32,000 bases of DNA from contig NC_005072.1 of the NCBI RefSeq assembly GCF_000011465.1, positions 360,001 through 392,000 on the forward strand. The letters run 5' to 3'. The notes under the pieces are model-generated. The model was given only the letters and a program-made list of their open reading frames with translations. It was not told where the DNA came from and did not search any database. A program made the translations under genes and the position numbers. This stretch comes from Prochlorococcus marinus subsp. pastoris str. CCMP1986 (GTDB taxonomy: Bacteria > Cyanobacteriota > Cyanobacteriia > PCC-6307 > Cyanobiaceae). Shown here piece after piece: positions 8,002-17,784 of the stretch. The first letter of the stretch is position 1. Each line of letters begins with the position of its first letter.

Positions 8002-8220
8002 TTAATTGTTGTAATTTTGCATCATCGTATCCCGAAATTTCCTTTCGATGGGTAAGGTTTGAGAGGTTCTTTTGTTTGCAGAACCTAGTCCTTCGTTATA
8101 AACATATAAAAGTTTGGTCCTACCGCTATTTTCGCCATTCACTCTAAATCCACGACCAAAATTAGTGCAGATATTTTTTCTTAATTCTTTTTCCCAAGAA
8201 GTGCTGTTAGCACTAGTCAT
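8002..8220 (-). CDS. Hypothetical protein (72 aa)
   Basis: An ORF between the tRNA-like scar and tRNA-Thr. No confident family. There is a faint resemblance to the beta-rich N-terminal DNA-binding modules of integrases ('GFRVNGENSGRTKLLYVY'), which is not sufficient for a call. Confidence 0.35.
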   Translation of the reverse strand: MTSANSTSWEKELRKNICTNFGRGFRVNGENSGRTKLLYVYNEGLGSANKRTSQTLPIERKFRDTMMQNYNN

Positions 8221-8270
8221 TATAAAAATGTAATTAGTGCAAATATAAGTGCAGAATTGCTATATTGTCG

Positions 8271-8286
8271 ATATATCTAGATATAT
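8271..8286. repeat. Perfect 16-bp palindrome ATATATCTAGATATAT
   Basis: Read directly from the sequence. It lies about 50 bp upstream of the 72-aa ORF start and about 60 bp from the tRNA-Thr 3' end. Confidence 0.9.
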
Positions 8287-8347
8287 TTGGTGTTTATAGA
8301 TTCTTCTTGAATTTCTTAAAAGCTAGTGATAGAGAGGTTTCGAGGTA

Positions 8348-8419
<72 letters not shown>

Positions 8420-8429
8420 TGAAAAAAAG

Positions 8430-8511
8430 TGGGCCGGGTTGGATTTGAACCAACGTAGGCAGAGCCAGCGGATTTACAGTCCGCCCCCTTTAACCACTCG
8501 GGCACCGACCC
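8430..8511 (-). tRNA. tRNA-Tyr (anticodon GUA), class II with a long variable arm
   Basis: The reverse complement is GGGTCGG...GCGGA-CTGTAAA-TCCGC, then a long variable arm, then GTTGG-TTCAAAT-CCAAC and CCGGCCC-A. All stems pair. It lies 10 nt from tRNA-Thr and is probably co-transcribed with it. Confidence 0.95.
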
Positions 8512-8612
8512 CCACTATTTGAACTTATCAGTTAATGGTCACTTTGTGTGAAAATGTTTTGGTTTTTTTGTTTCTTTCTAGATAGCATTTAAAAGAAAAG
8601 ACTTAATTGCTG

Positions 8613-9053
8613 ATGAATATTTTATTGATAAATGGGCCAAACCTTAATTTGTTGGGTACTAGAGAACCTGAAATATATGGAAATAAAACCTTGAATGATA
8701 TTGAAAAAGATTTAAACAAAGTTGCTAAGGAAAAAAGTATTAATCTTGAATGCTTTCAAAGTAATCATGAAGGTGAAATCGTTGATAAAATACAATCCTC
8801 GGTAAGTAGTATCAGTGGAATCCTTATTAATGCCGGTGCTTTTACTCATACTTCAATTTCTATAAGAGATGCTTTAATTGGATCAAAAATCCCATTTGTA
8901 GAACTACACATATCAAATATCTTTAGCAGGGAAGAATTTCGAAAAGAATCTTTTCTTACAGACAAAGCAATAGGAATAATTAGTGGATTTGGTATTACAA
9001 GTTATTTTCTTGCTCTTGAGGGAATAATTGAATTTTTAAGTATTAATAATTAA
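8613..9053 (+). CDS. aroQ: Type II 3-dehydroquinate dehydratase
   Basis: '[22 protein letters not shown]', '[12 protein letters not shown]' and '[17 protein letters not shown]' are hallmark AroQ motifs. The ORF track starts at TTG 8607; the ATG at 8613 gives the canonical N-terminus. Confidence 0.95.
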   Translation: MNILLINGPNLNLLGTREPEIYGNKTLNDIEKDLNKVAKEKSINLECFQSNHEGEIVDKIQSSVSSISGILINAGAFTHTSISIRDALIGSKIPFVELHISNIFSREEFRKESFLTDKAIGIISGFGITSYFLALEGIIEFLSINN

Positions 9054-9662
9054 ATGCTAGTAGATTTTAAAAGGCCCTCTTCTAATATTAAATATTTATC
9101 CTCATTATCCTCAGAAAGTTGGCTAGAGCAAGCTTTATCGAATCCAATAGAGATACTTATTGATCATGCTCATTGTGAAAGAAAAGCTGCTGGAGTTGCA
9201 ATTCAATTAATGTTTAGATATCCATCTGAACCTGACCTGGCAGAAGTTTTGAGCCCCATAGCAAGGGAAGAGTTGGAGCATTTTGAAAAAATACTGGTTT
9301 TACTAAAGGATCTTGGTCATTCGCTTAAAGCTCTTAAGCCTCCCCCATATGGAGCTGAATTGGCGAAATGTGTCAGGAAAGAGGAACCATATAGAATGTT
9401 AGATAGTTTCTTAATAGCAGGACTTATTGAAGCAAGAAGTCATGAAAGATTAAGTTTACTAGCATTGAATTCTGAGCACAAATCTTTCAAGTTGCTTTAT
9501 GTGTCTTTACTTGAAAGTGAAGCAAGACATTTTGGAATTTATTGGAAACTAGCACAGACTAAATTCTCTAAAAATGAAACTAACAAAAGATTAGAGGAAT
9601 TATCTAATATTGAATCGGAGATCTTATCCCAAACGTTTGCTTTGCCAAGAATTCATAGTTAA
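9054..9662 (+). CDS. miaE: tRNA-(ms2io6A37)-hydroxylase, MiaE family (di-iron)
   Basis: 'LIDHAHCERKAAGVAI', 'REELEHF' and 'ARSHERL...EARHF' form the ferritin-like di-iron motif set of MiaE. The start abuts the aroQ stop. Confidence 0.85.
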   Translation: MLVDFKRPSSNIKYLSSLSSESWLEQALSNPIEILIDHAHCERKAAGVAIQLMFRYPSEPDLAEVLSPIAREELEHFEKILVLLKDLGHSLKALKPPPYGAELAKCVRKEEPYRMLDSFLIAGLIEARSHERLSLLALNSEHKSFKLLYVSLLESEARHFGIYWKLAQTKFSKNETNKRLEELSNIESEILSQTFALPRIHS

Positions 9663-9682
9663 TTGAATTTTGTTATTAATTT

Positions 9683-10438
9683 ATGGGAATTAGAAATACT
9701 CTAAAAAATCTGCTTGGTTTTAAAAGTGATCTTGCATCATTAACAGTAGTTGGTGTAGGTCCTGGAGATAGTTCTTTACTAACTTTTGCTGCAGTAGAAG
9801 CAATTAAAAAAGCAAAACTTATAGTTTTCCCAATTTCAAGTGATAATAGAAAGAGTGCATCTGCGGAAATAGTCAAAAAATATATCAAATTCAAGAAAAA
9901 AATACCCATTATTTTTCCAATGGCAAGACAAGAATTTGATCCAGATCAAATCTGGTCTAGTGCTGTGGATATAATTGTTAAATCTGTTAGAAACAATAAA
10001 TCTGTTGCTTTACTTTGTCTTGGAGATCCTTCACTTTATGCAAGTTCCTCAAATATTCTGAGAATAATAAATAATAATTATCCTGAAATAATCACAAAGA
10101 CAATACCAGGGATATCATCTATCTCAGCAGCAGCAGCTTTAAGTAATTTTGATTTAGTAAAGAAAGGCGAGGCTTTGATAGTAAAAGAATGTCCTTCTTC
10201 TAAATCCGAATTAATAACTCTAATAATTCAGACTAAAGCAAATAAAACAGTTTTAGTACTTATGAAAGTTGGGAAAAGATGGGGGTCAGTTAAAGAAATT
10301 TTAAAAAAAGAGAAAATCATTAATAAAGCTTTAATCGCTTTAAATGTAGGGATGCCTGATCAAATTATCCAACATGCTTCAAAATATAATGTGGAGACAA
10401 TGCCTTATTTTTCTTTAATTTTGATAAGACCTAATTAA
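9683..10438 (+). CDS. cobI: Precorrin-2 C20-methyltransferase
   Basis: The tetrapyrrole methylase signatures 'LTVVGVGPGDSSLLT' and 'LCLGDPSLYASS', plus 'IPGISSISAAAA', are present. Confidence 0.85.
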   Translation: MGIRNTLKNLLGFKSDLASLTVVGVGPGDSSLLTFAAVEAIKKAKLIVFPISSDNRKSASAEIVKKYIKFKKKIPIIFPMARQEFDPDQIWSSAVDIIVKSVRNNKSVALLCLGDPSLYASSSNILRIINNNYPEIITKTIPGISSISAAAALSNFDLVKKGEALIVKECPSSKSELITLIIQTKANKTVLVLMKVGKRWGSVKEILKKEKIINKALIALNVGMPDQIIQHASKYNVETMPYFSLILIRPN

Positions 10439-10920
10439 TGAATAAGGACAAATTTCTAAGAAATGATTTTAAATGGTCCATAAGTAGGCAAATATTGTCT
10501 CTAATACTTGAAGATAAAGTAAGTGATATTTTTGTATGTGAATTAGTATGGGAAAGACTTTTTTATATCAATGAACCTTCTATTGATGGATGGACTTCAA
10601 GTTCCTTAACTCCATCATATTGGTCAGAAAAATTTTCAAAAGCCCCTCAAATTATTTCAGAACGATCAGCTTCTGTTCATTTGACACGATCTATACCGAA
10701 AGATCACAAACAAAATTTAAAAAAAGTTCTAAATTTTAAAGGTTATAAAATTAACGAACTCTATCCTAGAAGAACAAGAAGAGCAACTGCTGTCAATTGG
10801 CTTATCTATTGGTCTATTGACTCGAGTTCTTCTTTAGATGATTTTCCTAAGTTACCTAAAATATCTCCCCCATCTCCTAATCCAGCAAAAGGTCATTTTG
10901 GAGATCCTGAAATCAAATAA
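10438..10920 (+). CDS. Conserved cyanobacterial hypothetical protein (possibly DUF1823)
   Basis: A 160-aa ORF whose start overlaps the cobI stop (TAATG). The family assignment is from memory only. Confidence 0.65.
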   Translation: MNKDKFLRNDFKWSISRQILSLILEDKVSDIFVCELVWERLFYINEPSIDGWTSSSLTPSYWSEKFSKAPQIISERSASVHLTRSIPKDHKQNLKKVLNFKGYKINELYPRRTRRATAVNWLIYWSIDSSSSLDDFPKLPKISPPSPNPAKGHFGDPEIK

Positions 10921-10992
10921 ATACTCCTGGATAGAGTAAAAGATAGTATTGAGGTTATAGTTGTAATAGATCTAATTTTTTTAGGGGAATAA

Positions 10993-12369
10993 TTGACTCT
11001 TCCATCAATAGCAATAATCGGAAGACCTAATGTTGGGAAGTCTACTTTGGTTAATAGGTTATGCCAAAGTAATGACGCAATTGTATTCGATAAACCAGGA
11101 GTTACTAGAGATAGAACTTATCAAAATGCTTCTTGGGCTGGGAGGGAATTTCAAGTTGTTGATACGGGAGGATTAGTTTTTGAAGATGATAGTGAATTCC
11201 TCCCCGAGATTCGCACTCAAGTATTTTTAGCATTAGAAGAGGCTTCTCTTGCTTTGTTTGTAGTTGATGGAAATCAAGGTGTAACTGACGGTGACTTATC
11301 CATAGCAAAATGGCTGAGAAATTCAGCTTGTAAGACAATTGTTGCAGTAAATAAATGTGAATCTACATCCTTAGGAGTTTCTTTGGCCTCTGAGTTCTGG
11401 AAATTGGGTTTAGGTGAACCTTATCCTGTCTCTGCTATTCATGGCTCTGGAACGGGGGATCTATTAGACCTTGTTATTGATGGATTCCCTAAAGATTTAA
11501 ATGTTGAAGATAAAGAGGATAAAATAATGATGTCAATTATTGGGAGACCAAATGTTGGTAAATCGAGTTTGTTAAATGCTATTTGCGGAGAAAAAAGAGC
11601 AATAGTTAGTGATATAAGTGGGACTACAACTGATTCAATAGATACTCTTATTAAGAAAGATTCCCATCTATGGAAAATAGTGGATACAGCAGGAATAAGA
11701 AGAAAAAAAAATGTAAAATATGGAACTGAATTTTTCGGAATTAATAGAGCTTTTAAATCTATTGATAGAAGTGATGTTTGTGTCCTAGTTATAGATGCTA
11801 TAGATGGAGTGACTGATCAAGATCAGAAATTGGCAGGGCGAATAGAAGAACAAGGTAGAGCATGTGTAATTGTAGTGAATAAATGGGATCTTGTAGAGAA
11901 GAATAATTCCACAATCTATCAAGTTGAAAAAGAACTTAGATCAAAATTATATTTTTTGCATTGGTCAAAAATGATTTTCATTTCAGCTTTGACTGGTCAA
12001 AGAGTTCAAAATATTTTTGAGCATGCTCTTAGTGCTGTAACGCAACATAGAAGGAGAGTTACAACTTCAGTCGTTAATGAAGTTCTTAAGGAGGCTCTTG
12101 GATGGAAAAGTCCACCAACAAAGAGAAGCGGAAAACAAGGAAGACTTTACTATGGGACTCAAGTAAAAAACCAGCCTCCAACTTTTACTCTTTTTGTAAA
12201 TGACCCTAAATTATTTGGAATTACATATAGAAGATATATTGAAAAACAAATAAGATTAAATCTTGGGTTTGAAGGGTCTCCAATAATTTTACTTTGGAGA
12301 GGAAAACAGCAAAGAGACCTAGAAAAAGAGACATCAAAAAAGAATATTAATATTATTCAAAAAGATTAA
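10993..12369 (+). CDS. der: Ribosome-biogenesis GTPase Der (EngA)
   Basis: There are two tandem GTPase domains, each with 'GRPNVGKS(T/S)L', 'DT(G/A)G' and 'NK(C/W)(E/D)' motifs, plus a KH-like C-terminus. The start codon is TTG. Confidence 0.95.
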   Translation: MTLPSIAIIGRPNVGKSTLVNRLCQSNDAIVFDKPGVTRDRTYQNASWAGREFQVVDTGGLVFEDDSEFLPEIRTQVFLALEEASLALFVVDGNQGVTDGDLSIAKWLRNSACKTIVAVNKCESTSLGVSLASEFWKLGLGEPYPVSAIHGSGTGDLLDLVIDGFPKDLNVEDKEDKIMMSIIGRPNVGKSSLLNAICGEKRAIVSDISGTTTDSIDTLIKKDSHLWKIVDTAGIRRKKNVKYGTEFFGINRAFKSIDRSDVCVLVIDAIDGVTDQDQKLAGRIEEQGRACVIVVNKWDLVEKNNSTIYQVEKELRSKLYFLHWSKMIFISALTGQRVQNIFEHALSAVTQHRRRVTTSVVNEVLKEALGWKSPPTKRSGKQGRLYYGTQVKNQPPTFTLFVNDPKLFGITYRRYIEKQIRLNLGFEGSPIILLWRGKQQRDLEKETSKKNINIIQKD

Positions 12370-13283
12370 TGAATATTCTCACTAAATTTCCTATTGGACA
12401 ATATGTTGATGGTAATAGAAGTTGGTTAAGAATTGTCGACAGTAGATTAAAGATAATTGCAGTATTTATTTTTCTAATTACTCCAATCTGGGCAGGCCCA
12501 TTGTGGAGACTAAGTTTAGTTATTTGTTTGCTATTTATTACTTTTATCAGTTTGTTACCCTTTAGAGTTTGGTGGCGATCACTTCTCTTCCTTTTAGGAT
12601 TATCAATGATAATTGGATTAATATCAACAATAGCATTTTCTGATATTCAATCTCTTGATAGCTCTTTAAGAGATCCGAATGAATTGAACTTGATTTTAGA
12701 AAGTCAGAAAACTTGGAATATTTTAGAAATTCCATCTAAGAAAATAGGATTTATAACTCTTGGGTCTTATAACTTATCTTGGAAAGCTTTCGAGTTAGGA
12801 ATAAAAACTTCAACATTAATATTTACTGTTATTCATAGTGTGAATTTGATGCTGTTAACAACATTACAGGAGGATATAGTCTGGGCCTTAAGTTGGTTTA
12901 TGATTCCTTTTAGAAAAGTTGGGTTGCCTATTGATAAATGGCTTTTCCAATTACTTTTAGCATTGCGTTTTATTCCTTTAGTTCAAGAAGAATTACAAAA
13001 CATAATTAAATCAGTATCAGTTAGATCAATAAATCTTAGAAGTTTGGGTTTTAAGAAATCTATTAATGTTTTATTAACAATAATTGAAAGACTTTTTTTA
13101 AATATATTCTTAAGAATTGATCAAGGGGCAGATTCGTTACTTTCTAAAAAAAAAATAACTATAAAAACTTATAGATATAAAGCTTTTGATAAAAAAAATT
13201 CCCTAACTTTTATTTTTAATTCATTATCGATTTGTTTTATATGCATAGCAATTTTTCTTAGAAAACAGTATGGTGCATTGTAA
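12369..13283 (+). CDS. cbiQ: CbiQ/EcfT-family transporter transmembrane component
   Basis: A polytopic membrane protein with the conserved 'ALRFIPLVQEELQNIIKSVSVRS' coupling-helix motif. The start overlaps the der stop (TAATG). Confidence 0.75.
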   Translation: MNILTKFPIGQYVDGNRSWLRIVDSRLKIIAVFIFLITPIWAGPLWRLSLVICLLFITFISLLPFRVWWRSLLFLLGLSMIIGLISTIAFSDIQSLDSSLRDPNELNLILESQKTWNILEIPSKKIGFITLGSYNLSWKAFELGIKTSTLIFTVIHSVNLMLLTTLQEDIVWALSWFMIPFRKVGLPIDKWLFQLLLALRFIPLVQEELQNIIKSVSVRSINLRSLGFKKSINVLLTIIERLFLNIFLRIDQGADSLLSKKKITIKTYRYKAFDKKNSLTFIFNSLSICFICIAIFLRKQYGAL

Positions 13284-13300
13284 ATAAATAATTTTTTAGT

Positions 13301-13567
13301 TTGAGTTCAGAGCGTTATTTAAATCACCCAACATTTGGAATGTTATATCAAGTCTCTCTAGGGATTGAGGGAAAAGATATTTATGCGACTTTGTATGCAC
13401 AAAAAATGTTTTTTTTAGTAGAAGTTAAACAACGAGAAGTCTTTTTTGAAGTTATACCCTATTTAGATGCTCGAAATCAGTCTGAATTAAACTTGCAAAG
13501 AGCAAGAAGACAAGGATCAGAAGATTTCTCAAAATGGGATAATTTATTTAGACAAACTTTTTTATAA
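13301..13567 (+). CDS. pipX: PII-interacting protein PipX
   Basis: 'YLNHPTFGMLYQV' and 'ATLYAQKMFFLV' are PipX hallmarks. The size (88 aa) and the position directly upstream of a YggS-family gene also fit. Confidence 0.85.
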   Translation: MSSERYLNHPTFGMLYQVSLGIEGKDIYATLYAQKMFFLVEVKQREVFFEVIPYLDARNQSELNLQRARRQGSEDFSKWDNLFRQTFL

Positions 13568-13570
13568 AAT

Positions 13571-14209
13571 TTGGAAATTTCAAATTACTTGCAAATTAAA
13601 AAACAATTACCTCTTAATGTAAATTTACTGGCTGTGAGTAAAGGGTTTAGTAGTAAAGAAATCAAAATTATAAATAATTTAGGACAAAATGATTTTGGGG
13701 AAAGTAGATTTCAAGAAGCTATTGAGAAGAAAATCTTATTAGATGATTTAAAAAATATAAAATGGCATTTCATCGGAAGAGTGCAGACTAATAAAATAAG
13801 AAAAATAGTCCAAAATTTTGAATATATTCATTCTGTAGACTCATATGAAAAATTGTTAAAGATTTCCAATGTTTCATTTGAAGAGAAGAGAAATCCAATA
13901 GTAATGTTGCAAGTTAAATTAAGTGATGATCCAAATAAAGGAGGATTTAATCCTAAAGTATTGCTAGAAAAATGGGATCAGATTAAGGAATTTAAAAGTA
14001 TCAAAATTAAAGGCCTAATGACTATCAACCCAAAGGGTTTGAGTTCAATAGAAAATATTAAACTATTTAAAAAATGCAGGTACCTAGCAGATTCCCTCAA
14101 ACTTCAGGATTGTTCAATGGGAATGTCTGGAGACTGGGAGGAAGCGGTTAAAGCAGGATCTACTTGGCTAAGGTTAGGATCAACAATTTTTGGTAACAGA
14201 ACATATTAG
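13571..14209 (+). CDS. pipY: YggS/PipY-family PLP-binding protein
   Basis: 'LLAVSKGFS' carries the PLP lysine. 'HFIGRVQTNKIRKI', 'MGMSGDWEEAV' and 'GSTWLRLGSTIFG' are also present. Confidence 0.9.
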   Translation: MEISNYLQIKKQLPLNVNLLAVSKGFSSKEIKIINNLGQNDFGESRFQEAIEKKILLDDLKNIKWHFIGRVQTNKIRKIVQNFEYIHSVDSYEKLLKISNVSFEEKRNPIVMLQVKLSDDPNKGGFNPKVLLEKWDQIKEFKSIKIKGLMTINPKGLSSIENIKLFKKCRYLADSLKLQDCSMGMSGDWEEAVKAGSTWLRLGSTIFGNRTY

Positions 14210-14366
14210 TCAGCAATTAATTATATTTTATAAAAATCTTGTTTTTAAACTTGCAGTAAACTATAAGTAACGTTATTTAAGTATAGGTAGTTTATTCATT
14301 CATAAAAGATGGATACCTTACTAAAGGTTTTTTGGCCTTAGTTATCAATTTCAAGAGGATTTAAAA

Positions 14367-14942
14367 GTGTCACTTATTTCTCGATTAAAGGCAGTTGTTG
14401 CAGGGGATGATTTTCTGGATGATGATTTTGATGAGTTGGATTATGCATCAGAGGATGAATTTAATGGTAATGATGATTTAAAACAAAATTATAAAAAATC
14501 GAATGCACTTTCAAATTCAAATCCATTTGAATTTATGAACAATAATAGGACATCAAATGTGGTAGGAATGCCAGGTATTGCTAATTCATCTTCAGAGGTA
14601 AACTTGATGGAGCCTAGAAGTTTTGATGAAATGCCTCAAGCAATACAGGCATTAAGAGAAAGAAAGACTGTAATTTTAAATTTGACTATGATGGATCCTG
14701 ATCAAGCACAAAGAGCTGTTGATTTTGTTGCAGGAGGTACATATGCAATAGATGGTCATCAAGAAAGAGTCGGTGAAAGCATTTTTCTTTTTGCTCCTAG
14801 TTGTGTAAATGTAACTAGTTCTTTCCCAGAGGAGGCTTCTCCCTCTAATGTTTCAAGCAAAAAAACATCTCAATATAAATTTGAAACTAACACAACTCCA
14901 GAGCCAGCTTGGGGAGAATCTAAACTATCGGCTTACAATTAA
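14367..14942 (+). CDS. sepF: Cell division protein SepF
   Basis: The C-terminal SepF domain reads '[43 protein letters not shown]'. The N-terminus is acidic. The start codon is GTG. Confidence 0.9.
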   Translation: MSLISRLKAVVAGDDFLDDDFDELDYASEDEFNGNDDLKQNYKKSNALSNSNPFEFMNNNRTSNVVGMPGIANSSSEVNLMEPRSFDEMPQAIQALRERKTVILNLTMMDPDQAQRAVDFVAGGTYAIDGHQERVGESIFLFAPSCVNVTSSFPEEASPSNVSSKKTSQYKFETNTTPEPAWGESKLSAYN

Positions 14943-14949
14943 CTAATCT

Positions 14950-15756
14950 GTGACAAGTAAAATTGCAGTAATTGGGTTTGGAAATATTGCAAAAGCTATT
15001 ATAACTCCGCTATTTGATAAAAAATTACTAAAACCAAAGGATGTTTATTGTTTAGTAAATACAAAAAAAAGTTTAGAAAATATTAGAAAAAACTATAAAT
15101 ATGATATTAATATTTTTCAGGCAAACTCCAAAGGTTCGGAAATTATATGGGATTGCGAAGTTAAATTTCTCTCTGTAAAGCCTCAGCAACTTAAAAATAT
15201 AATTGAATTAGAAAAAAATAAAAATTATTTATTGGTTTCTATTTTAGCTGGTGTATCTTTAGAAAAACTTATAAAAAAATTTCCAAATCATAAATGTGTT
15301 AGGGTAGTGACTAATATTCCAATAACAATTGGTAAAGGTTTAACTGGAATTTCATGGGGAGATGAAATAAAGGAAGCTCAGAAGCAATTCATAAAAAGAT
15401 TATTTGAAAATTCTAGTAAAATTTATGAATTTCCTGAAGATTTACTCGATATTTTTTTATCATTAACTTCTTCCGGGCCAGCTATAGTTGCCCTGATTAT
15501 TGAAGCTTTAAGTGACGGAGGTTTAAGCGGCGGATTGCAAAAAAGACTTTCTGAAGAACTTGTTGTAGAGATGATTTTAGGCACTGTTAGTTTAATAAAA
15601 GAAACTAATTTAACAACTGCTGAGCTTAAGAATATGGTAACTTCTCCTGGGGGCACCACCATATCAGCACTAAGGGTTTTAGAAAATAGGAGTTTAAGGT
15701 CTGCTCTTATAGAAGCAGTAGTTTCGGCCAGTAATCGTAGTAAAGAATTTCGTTAA
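14950..15756 (+). CDS. proC: Pyrroline-5-carboxylate reductase
   Basis: The N-terminal Rossmann motif is 'IAVIGFGNIAKAI' and the C-terminal motif is 'VTSPGGTTISALRVLE'. Confidence 0.9.
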   Translation: MTSKIAVIGFGNIAKAIITPLFDKKLLKPKDVYCLVNTKKSLENIRKNYKYDINIFQANSKGSEIIWDCEVKFLSVKPQQLKNIIELEKNKNYLLVSILAGVSLEKLIKKFPNHKCVRVVTNIPITIGKGLTGISWGDEIKEAQKQFIKRLFENSSKIYEFPEDLLDIFLSLTSSGPAIVALIIEALSDGGLSGGLQKRLSEELVVEMILGTVSLIKETNLTTAELKNMVTSPGGTTISALRVLENRSLRSALIEAVVSASNRSKEFR

Positions 15757-16919
15757 GGGTTAGATATTTTTATAGTATTTAAGTAAAGTTTTTCCAGGGC
15801 TTCAATATTTTTTTTAATTGTATATCTTTCAATTACTCTTTCACGTCCTTTTTCCCCCAGAGCCTTTGTGAATGAAGGATGATCTACCAAAATTGGAATT
15901 ATAGTTTTTAATTGAGTGACAACATTTTCAGTAGAGATCACAATGCCTGCTCCATTATCTAAAACTTCACCATCAGCTCCAGCATCAGTTGCAACACATG
16001 CCGTACCAGTGGACATTGCCTCTAAAAGTGATAAAGATAGTCCCTCTATTAAACTTGGTAAAAAAAACACCTCTGCGATTTGCATAATTGCTACTCTGGT
16101 TTCTAAATCAGTTTCTGATCCCCACCAAATTAATTTATCTTTTCCTAGGTTAGAAAAACTATTTTCCAGTGTAGGCTTCATTGGTCCGTCTCCAACAATT
16201 ACTAGTTTGCAATTATTAGTTTTTGTTTGACGCCAGGATTTTAAAAGAGCCTCAATATTTTTTTCGTTAGCAATCCTTCCCATATATATAAATATTCTTC
16301 CTTCCCCTAGTTTACTTTTAACTAAATTATATTTTTTACTTTTTACTTTAACAGGTTGCCAAATACTTTCATCAACTCCATTTGGAATAATTATTTGCTT
16401 TTCTTTACTAACGCCTAGGTTTTCTAAAAGTGTTTTTTGAGGTTCTGAAAAAACAATTATTTTATGAAATTTAGCAAGAGAGGGCGCATAAAGTTGATAA
16501 GTTAGTTGTTGAGTACTTGCAGTTAAGTTCCTATTATTTTTATCAAATGCGGGATGAAATGTCCCTACAAGTGGGAGGTTTATTTGTTTGCAAAGTTCAG
16601 GCAATCTAAAGTCGAGAGGAGATAAAGTTAGACTTGCATGAACTATATCTGGCTTTAATCTCTCTAATGAATGTCTTAGTTCTTTTTCTGCTCTTGGAGA
16701 AGGGATCGTATAAACTTGTGATTTAATTAAGTAAGGAAGACTGACCTCAGGATCGTTGGCTAAAAATAAGGGTTTAGATTCGTTTGTATTAGAGGGTTTA
16801 TCAAAATGTATAAAACTTACTTTATGGCCTCTCACTTTTAATTGTTCAGTAGTTAAATTTCCATAACTTACATTTCCACAAAAGGGAGATTTTTTACCTA
16901 ACCAGGCAACATGAACCAC
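15753..16919 (-). CDS. Glycosyltransferase, family 4 (GT-B fold)
   Basis: The 'EGLSLSLLEAMSTGTACVATDAGADGEV' EX7E-type motif and 'GRIANEKNIEALL' are present. The stop codon overlaps the proC stop. Confidence 0.85.
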   Translation of the reverse strand: MVHVAWLGKKSPFCGNVSYGNLTTEQLKVRGHKVSFIHFDKPSNTNESKPLFLANDPEVSLPYLIKSQVYTIPSPRAEKELRHSLERLKPDIVHASLTLSPLDFRLPELCKQINLPLVGTFHPAFDKNNRNLTASTQQLTYQLYAPSLAKFHKIIVFSEPQKTLLENLGVSKEKQIIIPNGVDESIWQPVKVKSKKYNLVKSKLGEGRIFIYMGRIANEKNIEALLKSWRQTKTNNCKLVIVGDGPMKPTLENSFSNLGKDKLIWWGSETDLETRVAIMQIAEVFFLPSLIEGLSLSLLEAMSTGTACVATDAGADGEVLDNGAGIVISTENVVTQLKTIIPILVDHPSFTKALGEKGRERVIERYTIKKNIEALEKLYLNTIKISNP

Positions 16920-17004
16920 ATCAAATTAATCAACTATTTATAAAGTTAACAGTCAAAGTTACAATCATCGAGATCTTTTAATTTAATAACAATTTAACCC
17001 TTAA

Positions 17005-17784
17005 TTATCTATAAAATTCTCTTAACATTTTTAGTGAAGATAATTCTTTTTCTAATTGGGCAGAGATCCAATTTTCAACAATTGATAATATCTTAAGCCA
17101 AACTTTTTTAGGTCCTAATAATTCTCCATTTGATTTGATGGGTAATTCTGCAAAAAGAAGTCTTTGTAAAAGAGCAATTTCAGAAGCATTAACTTTTAAA
17201 ATACTACGTTCATCTTCTACTGTAGAAAATCCCTCATTTGGTAAATAGGAACATTGCCAATCCCAGTTACCTAAGGGGGGGATGATAGCCTCGCCCGTTT
17301 TACAGCAAAAATTTACGGGAATATTTATCCCTCCAATTGCTAATAAATGAATTAAAGATTGAATACTCATTGAAAGCATTTTGAAGTCCTCTTCACTTTC
17401 AAGGTTATATTCATAAATTCGATCTAAATGAATAAGTACGCTAGATAAGTAATCTTTTTGCTTGTCGTTGTTTCCAACTAATAAAAAGGTTAATTCAGTT
17501 ATTGCTTGAGCTGCAGCAAGACATTCAATATTTTTCCCCAACCCGTTGTAGCTTTTGAGAATTTTAATCTGACGAACAGACTTGAGACTTCTTTTTCCAA
17601 AGATCTGAAAACTTAAATATGTTAACGGAGTAGCTGCAGCAAGACTACTTTTTGGACGCCTGGCACCTGGAGCTGCAAGCCTAATAATACCTTGTTCATC
17701 TGTTAAAACAGTAATTAATCTTCCACTCTCACCTAGCGGACTAGCTTTAATACAGAGACCTTTTATTCTACTTTCGCCTGACAT
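17005..17784 (-). CDS. recO: DNA repair protein RecO
   Basis: A 259-aa ORF with an N-terminal OB-fold-like segment 'GLCIKASPLGESGRLITVLTDEQGIIRLAAPGARRPKS' and a conserved position after deoC. The start immediately follows the upstream stop. Confidence 0.8.
   Translation of the reverse strand: MSGESRIKGLCIKASPLGESGRLITVLTDEQGIIRLAAPGARRPKSSLAAATPLTYLSFQIFGKRSLKSVRQIKILKSYNGLGKNIECLAAAQAITELTFLLVGNNDKQKDYLSSVLIHLDRIYEYNLESEEDFKMLSMSIQSLIHLLAIGGINIPVNFCCKTGEAIIPPLGNWDWQCSYLPNEGFSTVEDERSILKVNASEIALLQRLLFAELPIKSNGELLGPKKVWLKILSIVENWISAQLEKELSSLKMLREFYR

Larger units (their letters stand above)
1..8347. other. Hypervariable genomic island, partial (left end lies outside the window). Its right border is the 3' end of tRNA-Thr.
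   Basis: The content changes sharply at the tRNA pair. To the left are short unknown, secreted and membrane ORFs plus an R-M-like operon and a tRNA-like scar. To the right is an unbroken run of housekeeping genes. tRNA 3' ends facing an accessory region are the classic island insertion geometry. Base composition was not computed. Confidence 0.6.

Noticed and set aside
8002-8220. A truncated integrase or an R-M controller (C) protein
   Set aside because: There is no helix-turn-helix pattern and no tyrosine-recombinase catalytic motifs. The only resemblance is a vague beta-strand-rich segment, which is too weak for a call.
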